A DNA stretch of 57,877 nt, counting the filler, from Sphacelaria rigidula (taxonomy: Eukaryota): the NCBI GenBank assembly GCA_964200075.2. It is 3 parts of 3 records of this genome, joined end to end, with 100 filler letters (N's around TTAATTAATTAA, not from the genome) between each part and the next. Parts side by side here need not be neighbours in the genome. Positions count along the whole stretch, not along the records: positions 1 to 19,227 come from CAXNAA020000706.1; positions 19,328 to 38,553 come from CAXNAA020000707.1; 1 more part is not named here. One strand, written 5' to 3'. Numbering within the stretch: the stretch's first letter is position 1; each line of letters begins with the position of its first letter. Below the pieces are notes generated by a model, which had not been told where the DNA came from, did not search any database, and saw only the letters and a program-made list of their open reading frames with translations. Of this stretch, positions 11,944 through 20,583 are shown piece by piece. The position numbers were made by a program, and so were the translations under genes.

Positions 11944-14900
11944 AACAGACGATCACTCGAGACGTGTGCCCGACTGAGAGATGGTCACGCGAGAGCTTGT
12001 CATGCGCGTGTCATAGATTCATTGTTTGCACACATCTGGATGTCGCATTGAGCACACTCGAAATTCACTCAAGTAAATGTACCCAGACGAAACAGAGCGT
12101 TGTGTTGTTGGCGATGGAACGGCACAGTACACAGGTTAGCACCCGCAGAAAAGCGTTGGCAAGCGTGTCAGCAAACGATCGTGTTTGATCGAAGTGTCCT
12201 TACGAATGCACGCCATTTTGTCTTTCGAAAGTATGCGTATCACCGTTACCCTCATTAAGTCCAGGCCCTGAAACACCATGTACCGGTCGTGCTGCGAGTG
12301 GGTATTTTTCGGCCTTAAAGACACAGCTGCCTCGGACCACATATGAACGAAATGGAGGATACATTGTTGTGTTTTGTCTGACCGCGGGTCCGGATTTGCG
12401 ATTTGTTCACGGGAGAGCCCGACCATTGTCCAGCGTTCGCAGGCGCACTGCTGGTCGATTGCATGCACACCTGTGCACATGACATGCTTGGCGCACACGT
12501 GAAGGGTGCTTGAGGGGTAATGGGATGGTCGTTTGACTAAGATGATGGAGATGACAAGTGCAACATGCCACAGAAATATGGAATGTAATCAGATGTCACA
12601 GTAACAGCAGATGAACGGCGGGTCTTTCCATCCGCTTGTGCGCTTTCTTCGTCAACTTGCACCATTTACAGTTGACCTCAAAGGACCACCACTACAGTAA
12701 CCCACGCGTTGGGCATGACAAGTCATGAAACATGTCCTCACCTGAGAGCGCACGTGCCGCACATATGTACAATACCTGTTCTTTTCGGAACGTTTGTGCC
12801 CAACTACCATAGCATACCCGTTTATGTAGCACTCATTTCCGCGGTATACGTAAAATACGTGTTCATTCCAGAAGGCATTTGTTTAGTGCGGGTAGAAAGG
12901 TACTCCCTCTGATCACCAATATAAGGGAGGTAAGGAAATTCGTACTATAAGCAAGGTTTATACTATATGCTCCATGTAGGCATCGTTGGACGTCGGATGA
13001 ACTCTGTATGTATAACCGGATAATGGAAGAAAACAAAAATATTTCAAACAGGCAGGGATGAATCGTTATAATCCCCTGGTTGCCTAACCCTGGCCCTAAC
13101 CCCAACACTAAGCTGCCAGCAAGGAGGTACCAAATCACTTCATCTTGCCTTGAATTGTTGAAGTTGTTGCGCTTTGGCTCTTGGACTGCACTCCCACCAA
13201 CAGGCATGCCTCATCACATGATGGGAAGGGGTGGTGATGTCGAACTACTTCTGCTGGAGTAAGATAACCCTGTTTCGGAGGGAAATATGAAAGCACCGGT
13301 TGTAGTTGTTCTGGACGAACGCGGAGAAACCGCAAAAAAGAGCAGTTCGCTAAAACATCATACTGGAGCCGAGTCAGACCGCGTGTTGTCCTTATCTTCC
13401 TGATATTCGCCATCAGAGGGAGTACATGTTTACCGTACGATGTGTGTCGGACACAGGCTGGATGACACCTCAATAGGCCAAATGGTACGTCCAACAATGG
13501 TGATATTCTGGTTGTCTAGAAGACATTTATCCCAACGTTTGGTCAGATATCAGCGCGTTTCGAATATTTTATCCTTGAACACGGGATTTTACGAGTGGGG
13601 GGGTGGTTTTTATTTGGGGGGTGGGCAACGTCGAAAGTTGGACCGAAACACGCAAAAGTTATTTCGGGGTATCCGTACGGACCGCCATGTGTTTTGTGCG
13701 GATCTTTAGTTGCACGTTGGATTGAAATCCATCCGAACATCGAACAGAATCCAATCCTATATATATATTCATGTACATGCGTAATCTCATAACCTTCAGC
13801 AGTTTTCATGGGCCTCACGACGTCCCGAGCAGATCCAACGGCGAGTTACAATTGAAGAGAGATGACTCTACAAAAAATGCACTCACCATTAAAACCATTG
13901 TTACACGGATGCAACGGACGTTTTGCATTCGTGCCATCCGGTTGGATCACAAATCCAAACGATGTCATCCTACGGACAGATTTCATTGACTACCTCGACG
14001 TGGTCTCAGGCTTCCCATATCTTCCTGTCAATATCCACCATGGAGGTTGCTTCCGCGGCCCGGCACTGGCTCGCGTCGCCGCCCCCGCCGCCGCCGCTGA
14101 ACGCCCTCCGAAACCTCGGGCGACTATCCGACAAATACAATAACAATATTCCCAAAGAATCGCTTTTGCACTTCCCGGTCCAAGTTTTGACCTTGTTCAT
14201 CCCCTCACAAAATCTATCCCCCACTTGTAAACGTTGTCGGGCGTCTACCGGTTTCCACTAGGGCTGTAAAGGGAAGCATTCTTACGGCGAAGATTACCGT
14301 CATGTCGGCGTCATCTAGAATGTTTTCACCAATCGTGTACAGTCGTGATATACTCATCCAACAGATGTGCAGTGCGCTGTACTGAAAGCCTTGTTTCATC
14401 TCCCAACGGTTTCGCTGCCCGCCCAGCTTCCGGCGTTTTCCTGATGACAAGCATGTATTACCATGCACACCATGTAGACGCGATACGAGCCGGAAATTAT
14501 GACGTGAAGGTGACTAAAGCAAGCATCAGATAACCCGACATATGAACTCAAATGTGGTTGAAGTGTGGGAAATTAGAACAATACATTACTGTTTGTTTCC
14601 ACGGTACCCGATATGACTGAGAAGATGAAGATATTCAAGCATAGGAGCACATGTGCGCGTGTAATGAGATTCGGCAGATACGCATATTTTTTGCGCGTAT
14701 GCACATACCAAGTTCTGTATCGAAATTGATATAACTTGCTTTCGACGGTCGCTTGTACCGCTGTTGAGAACGAAAGACACCCCTCTTCTATTTATATCTT
14801 GTAGCCGTGGAATAGAACAGGATCGAACCAGGCCAGTAGCTCGGAAGGTGGTCAGGCATCTTCGAGTTCAGGATGATTTCCCCTTACTTGTAGGTATCTA

Positions 14901-15273
14901 TATATGATCTCCTCCAAGGGCGTCAGGTATTCTGCCGGTGTAGAGCAACTTCCCAAAATGTTGGTAGGTGTCCCACAAGCCTTGAGTTGTGTAATACTGC
15001 ATGTATCATGTCCGGTGAATCCCGACTTGGTATTATGCATACAAGGTCGTCTGCTTTCATTCACCTCTTGTATCATTTCAATGCTATATTTACTTCAGAT
15101 CCATACTGCCGTGTTGGTTAGGAAACCCCATGCGCTTGAATTACCTTGGGCACTAGAGTTGTAGTCGTGGCGATCAGTTTATGTAAAGCATCATTCCAGT
15201 AAGTGCAGGTAGTTCCTCTTCTTTCCGTTGATGTGCGACGATAGTGTTTTTTTCAACTCGCTTTCTGCTGCAG

Positions 15274-18219
15274 ATGACGGGAGAATCCTCCGGTGTTTTG
15301 CCAATTGTGCTGCCGCGAAATGTTTCTTCTCTTCAGAAACACCACGCGACAGAGCTGATGGCCCGCGTGTCAAAAAGAGAGTGCATCAACGAGGGCTGCT
15401 CGAAGCGGTTGAGATATGGTGTACCGGGTAGCAAGAAGGCCGAGTCCTGCTCTCAGCATGTCAGGGCGGGGATGGTTGATGGGGTGGGGAAGAAATGCGG
15501 CGACAAGGGCTGCTCCAAGAAACTGTCGTTTGGTGTAGCGGGAAGTGAGAAGGCGGAATTCTGCATCGAGCATGCCAGGGCGGGAATAGTGGATGTGGTG
15601 AACAGCACGTGCGGCGACGAGGGCTGCTCAAAAAAGCCGTCGTTTGATGTGGCGGGAATCAAGAAGGCCGAGTTCTGCTCGAAGCATGCAAGGGCGGGGA
15701 TGGTGGATGTGGTGACTAAGAAATGCGGCAACGAGCGCTGCTCCAAGAAGCCATCGTTTGGTGTGGCGGGAACGAAGAAGGCCGAGTTCTGCATCAAGCA
15801 TGCCAGGGCGGGAATGGTGGATGTGGCGAGGAGGAGGTGCGGCGACGAGCGCTGCTCGAAGAAGCCGTCGTATGGTGTAGCGGGAAGCAAGATGGCGGAG
15901 TTCTGCATCAAGCATGCCAGGGCAGGAATGGTGGATGTGGTGAGCAGGAGGTGCGGCGACGAGGGGTGCTCCAGAAGGCCGTCGTATGGTGTAGCGGGAA
16001 GCAAGAAGGCGGAGTTCTGCAGCAAGCATGCCGAGGCGGGAATGATGGATGTGATAAACAGCACGTGCGGCGATGAGGACTGCTGCAAAAGGCCGTCGTA
16101 TGGTGTAGGGGGAAGCAAGAAGGCGGAGTTCTGCTCTCAGCATGCCAGGGCGGGGATGGTGAATGTGGTGACGAAAACATGCGGCGACGAGCGCTGCTCC
16201 CGAAGGCCATCGTATGGTGTAGCGGGAAGCAAGAAGGCGGAGTTTTGCGCCCGGCATGCCAGGGCGGGGATGGTGGACGTGGTTACTAAGAAATGCGGCG
16301 ACAAAGGTTGCTCCAAGAAGCCGTCGTTTGGTGTGGCGGGAACCAAGAAGGCCGAGTTCTGCTCTCAGCATGCCAGGGCGGGAATGGTTCATGTGGTGAC
16401 GAAGAAAGGCGGCGACGAGCACTGCTCGAAGAAGCCGTCGTACGGTGTAGCGGGAGGCAAGAAGGCGGAGTTCTGGATCAAGCATGCCAGGGCGGGGATG
16501 GTGGATGTGGTGACGAAGAAATGCGGCGACGAGGGCTGCTCCAAGAAGCGGTCGTTTGGTGTGGCGGGAAGCAAGAAGGCCGAGTTCTGCATCAAGCATG
16601 CCAGGGCGGGAATGGTGCATGTGGTGAGGAGGAGGTGCGGCGACGAGGGGTGCTCCATAAGGCCGTCGTATGGTGTAGCGGGAAGCAAGAAGGCCGAGTT
16701 CTGCGTCGAGCATGCCAGGGCAGGAATGGTGGATGTGGTGAACAGCAGGTGCGGCGACAAGGGCTGCTGCAAAAGGCCGTCGTATGGTGTAGCGGGAAGC
16801 AAGAAGGCGGAGTTCTGCTCTCAGCATGCCAGGGCAGGAATGGTGGATGTGATGAACAGCACGTGCGGCGACGAGAACTGCTGCAAAAGGCCGTCGTATG
16901 GTGTAGCGAGAAGCAAGAAGGCGGAGTTTTGCGCCCGGCATGCCAGGGCCGGGATGGTGAATGTGGTGACGAAAACATGCGGCGACGGGCACTGCTCCAG
17001 AAGGCCATCGTATGGTGTAGCGGGAAGCAAGAAGGCGGAATTCTGCTCGAAGCATGCCAGGGCGGCGATGGTGGATGTGGTGACTAAGAAATGCGGCGAC
17101 AAAGGTTGCTCCAAGAAGCCGTCGTTTGGTTTGGCGGGAACGAAGAAGGCCGAGTTCTGCTCGAAGCATGCCAGGGCGGGAATGGTTCATGTGGTGACGA
17201 AGAAAGGCGGCGACGAGGGCTGCTCCAGAGGGCCGATGTATGGTGTGGCGGAAAGCAAGAAGGCGGGGTTCTGCGCCGAGCATGCCAGGGCGGGAATGGT
17301 GGATGTGGTGACAAGGGAGTGCGGCGATGAGGGCTGCTCGAAGAAGCCGCCGTATGGTGTAGCGGGAAGCAAGGGGGCGAAGTTCTGCGTCCAGCATGCC
17401 AGGGAGGGAGCGGTGGATGTGGTGAGGAGGACGTGCGGCGATGAGGGCTGCTCCAGAACGCCGTCGTCTCGTGTAGCGGGAAGCAAGGAAGCGGAGTTCT
17501 GCTCGAAGCATGCCAGGGCGGGGAGGGCTCATGTGATGAGCTACAAGTCTAGCAAAGAGGGACCCTTGAAATTGGATATTCTCCATAACGACGACCTTGA
17601 TGAGGCAAAAATATGCCGACAGTATCCCACTGCGCATGAAGTAGCTACACTGTACGACATGGAATACCTGAGCTCTGGAGAGCCCACCTCCATCCGCACC
17701 ACAAGCGACGGTGGTGAAGGAAACAGCAGCACAACCGACGGTGGTGAAAGCGTTGCCGGCGTCCGAGGAACAAAACGCAAGCGCGCACCATGCCTGAGTT
17801 CTGGTACAAGCGACGTTGTTGATGCTCGACGTAGTGTGTACCCTGTTGCCAGGCGTAGTGGGGTAACACCACTCTTACTTCCGGGCCAGCTACCCTCAGA
17901 GGCGGATCGTGAGATATCTTCCGTGTCAAGGGTGGAAGCAGGAATGAAGGTGGAGATGGCAGCTCCTTCTCCTACACACGGTGGCGCTGGCGCTGGAATG
18001 GGAGAGTGTAGCAAATATACTGACCCTTTTAAGGGTTGGAGCAGTGCAGGTGGTCACAGTAGCTCCCGCAGCAACAGTTGTGGTGTAAGTCCGGGACGGT
18101 TATATGATTCGCCGGTGGTTGTATTCGGGTCTGTTGGCGCATTTGTCGGTTTGGAATCGGTAGAGACGTTGGAGGGTTCAAGCGTAAAGTTGGAGCTAGG
18201 AGCGGCGTCCGATAGATGA
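15274..18219 (+). CDS. EsV-1-7-type cysteine-repeat (C-x4-C-x16-C-x2-H) domain protein, ~981 aa
   Basis: Long uninterrupted ORF (track 15244..18219; first ATG at 15274, directly after a pyrimidine tract and CAG). It has 19 repeats with consensus CGDEGCSKKPSYGVAGSKKAEFCSKHARAGMVDVVTKK, typical of brown-algal EsV-1-7 proteins. The low-complexity C-terminus contains KRKR. Confidence 0.9.
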   Translation: MTGESSGVLPIVLPRNVSSLQKHHATELMARVSKRECINEGCSKRLRYGVPGSKKAESCSQHVRAGMVDGVGKKCGDKGCSKKLSFGVAGSEKAEFCIEHARAGIVDVVNSTCGDEGCSKKPSFDVAGIKKAEFCSKHARAGMVDVVTKKCGNERCSKKPSFGVAGTKKAEFCIKHARAGMVDVARRRCGDERCSKKPSYGVAGSKMAEFCIKHARAGMVDVVSRRCGDEGCSRRPSYGVAGSKKAEFCSKHAEAGMMDVINSTCGDEDCCKRPSYGVGGSKKAEFCSQHARAGMVNVVTKTCGDERCSRRPSYGVAGSKKAEFCARHARAGMVDVVTKKCGDKGCSKKPSFGVAGTKKAEFCSQHARAGMVHVVTKKGGDEHCSKKPSYGVAGGKKAEFWIKHARAGMVDVVTKKCGDEGCSKKRSFGVAGSKKAEFCIKHARAGMVHVVRRRCGDEGCSIRPSYGVAGSKKAEFCVEHARAGMVDVVNSRCGDKGCCKRPSYGVAGSKKAEFCSQHARAGMVDVMNSTCGDENCCKRPSYGVARSKKAEFCARHARAGMVNVVTKTCGDGHCSRRPSYGVAGSKKAEFCSKHARAAMVDVVTKKCGDKGCSKKPSFGLAGTKKAEFCSKHARAGMVHVVTKKGGDEGCSRGPMYGVAESKKAGFCAEHARAGMVDVVTRECGDEGCSKKPPYGVAGSKGAKFCVQHAREGAVDVVRRTCGDEGCSRTPSSRVAGSKEAEFCSKHARAGRAHVMSYKSSKEGPLKLDILHNDDLDEAKICRQYPTAHEVATLYDMEYLSSGEPTSIRTTSDGGEGNSSTTDGGESVAGVRGTKRKRAPCLSSGTSDVVDARRSVYPVARRSGVTPLLLPGQLPSEADREISSVSRVEAGMKVEMAAPSPTHGGAGAGMGECSKYTDPFKGWSSAGGHSSSRSNSCGVSPGRLYDSPVVVFGSVGAFVGLESVETLEGSSVKLELGAASDR
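15382..17547 (+). repeat. Coding tandem array, 19 x 114 bp
   Basis: Units recur at exact 114-bp spacing (e.g. 15382, 15952, 16408, 16750, 17206) with no indels. Confidence 0.95.
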
Positions 18220-19227
18220 CTAATAATGGTGTTCCTCGTACTGATCTTGTTCAGATTAAGCGGGGAGTTTGCTGAACGCCAGCTTGCACGGCTCGCCCCC
18301 TCAAACGAAACGTGGCTGGTACGGATTGGTTTTCTCTGTCGATGCGGAGGAGCTCGTTAAGCTGTGGGGTCCTGATATCACTATGCCGTGTTCCACCGGT
18401 GTGTCGTCGATGCTTGGTTTTGTCAGATGTGATCGCCATGTGTCTTGCAGTCACGTGCCGAGAGCTGCCCCAAGGTAGATGCACTGTAGGAGTCGGCCAC
18501 CCAAAGAACCGTGACACTGCTGGTGGCGTATAACTCATGCAGCAAATATTTTCAGCTTTCTCTGGATGATGCTGCGCGATTTTCGAGGTGTATGTCTCGA
18601 GCACCACGATGAAACCACGGAGCGGAGAGGGGCCTTCGACTCGTCACCCTCGTTCATTTCACACCTGCATGTGTATCCCAAACCACAGCGCACGTAGTGT
18701 CTCACATGTATGTACGGACAATATAGCCTTATTTCGTCGTTCCCGTCGAGGTATACCGAAGCAGTGCTGTAAATAGGCTCCAGGCTGTATTTACGGGAAC
18801 AGCGACATTTTGGGGATATATTCACAAAAAACAGCCGATTTTATTTTTTGGGGTTCAACAATAAAATGGGGTTGAACATATTCGGGGGGTTTCGACAATT
18901 CGCCCGAAACAGTTCAGTGAGGGAACGCGGTTTCGCTTGTCCTCGGGTGCCAAGTAGTTTTGAAAGCTGGCATGGCTACCCGTACGCGTGTCGCCGACGA
19001 CGTCACCGGGGAACCCGTGCCCGACCACAAGGTCCTTGCCCGCGTCCTTCGTGTCTTCCTACAAGAATACAGCAGTCTAATCGCTGCCGTACCGCTTCCA
19101 TGGACGCACGGCATGGTGTGTGGCAGCCAACATGGGTGTGCATCTGTGTGCCTTGTGTGCGGTACGTGCCATCTACCATCAATAATGTGTGGACGTCACA
19201 CGGAAGGATGGTTTCCACACGATCGAC

Positions 19228-19327
19228 NNNNNNNNNNNNNNNNNNNNNNNNNNNNNNNNNNNNNNNNNNNNTTAATTAATTAANNNNNNNNNNNNNNNNN
19301 NNNNNNNNNNNNNNNNNNNNNNNNNNN
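19228..19327. other. Artificial assembly linker (N-run, TTAATTAATTAA, N-run; 100 bp)
   Basis: N runs flank TTAATTAATTAA, which gives stops in all six frames. An identical linker occurs at 38554-38653. Confidence 0.97.
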
Positions 19328-19439
19328 GTACACCCACTTGCGAGGTCAACGGTTGTATTAAGACTACAGCATGTAAGGTCATGAGTACCCCCTCCCCCCC
19401 CTGTATGAGCCTCTTCGTTCGTTCTTTGAGGAAAAGAGG

Positions 19440-19730
19440 TTTGAGCGGTAATCTTTATGCCGGCTAGTGGTGTGGATATTTGTACACCAGTTGTCCTTCG
19501 CATGCATTTTGCGTGTGTAGGGTTACCAAGCCAATAATTTCAACACAAGACTCTGCCGTGAGTTTGTGAACTCTGCTCACTAGTCACCCACCAGCTTCCT
19601 GTTTCTCGACCAACCCCCTACGTTTTGTTGCCCTCTCAATTTCAAGGGATTTTGCCTCCATCGCGTTGGTAGTGTCGGGATTCGAACCTGGTACCTTCTC
19701 ATCATGAGGTGTACAAAATCGTTTCACTGG
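19440..19730 (-). mobile_element. Possible second tRNA-derived SINE (degenerate)
   Basis: The minus strand has CTCATGATGAGAAGGTACCAGGTTCGAATCCC, resembling an anticodon arm plus B box. The A box is not clear and the boundaries are approximate. Confidence 0.3.
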
Positions 19731-20583
19731 CGTCGCCGACGTGAATCGGTAGTTTTATCGACTGGCCATTTTTTCCCTTCCATATGCTAGCATACATACG
19801 TGCACACACACACACGGGGCCATCGTCTATATGAGTTTAGTACGATGTACACGGTCGACGTCAATAATACTTCCAAGACATCCACGTGACCCAAAATTAG
19901 AGCACCACGTGAAAAACTTGGCAGATACGATGTCGCTCCATCGTTCATGGTTGTACGTTGAAGGGCCTAGATGGGTGCTAGTAAGCATATGACACGGCCA
20001 AGCTTATGGCGGCAATGCTGTATCTTCGATAAGGTGCTACTCGCTCAGTGGTGTGTGTGGTGTTGTAGCACTTACTGCCTTTGCTGCCATTCTGCCCCTT
20101 TATTGTAACCTGTGACGTACGCGTTAAAATCTGTCCTAATTCATCATTTGGCCCCGCCCGGCAGTACGGTCAGACACATTTTGGTATAGGCAGTAGGCAG
20201 TATATGTGTTGCAGCACGCTGTTAGTGACTAACGAGGTGGCGACGAAGATCAGATAATAGAGAGTTTCGGAGGCGTTTTTTTCTCATCTTAGGGTCAGAG
20301 TGGAAGGGAAAATAGCCGGTAACGGTGCTCAATCCACTCTGATTTTTTTTCTCAAAGCGATTTTTCCAGAGTCATCGTGCCGTTTGCGCCTCTTCACTCT
20401 GAAAACCGTTGTTCCTCTTCAGAGTTCAAAGCCGGACGAAAAACAACCACGCCCACCTTCACCACCATGGTCACGTGTCAATACACTCTAACAAGCAAAG
20501 TGGGACATTCGTCATCCATCGCAACTGCTATGCTCATCACAGGGGGGCATTCACGAAGTAGAAAAGCTTGGAATCGCAATCAG

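Noticed and set aside
14440-14515. cNMP-binding-like motif HLHVIISGSYRVY, minus strand
   Set aside because: The following FGE/R-x-A-T motifs are absent and the frame closes.
15628-17637. 669-aa antisense ORF and other overlapping ORFs in the repeat array
   Set aside because: Shadow ORFs produced by a GC-rich 114-bp coding repeat that lacks stops in alternative frames.
15274-18219. Integrated phaeovirus (EsV-1-like provirus)
   Set aside because: No capsid, polymerase, integrase or gene-dense intronless neighbours; the flanks are host-type repeats.
19272-19283. TTAATTAATTAA palindrome as a biological site
   Set aside because: It is embedded in N runs twice in identical form, so it is an assembly spacer.
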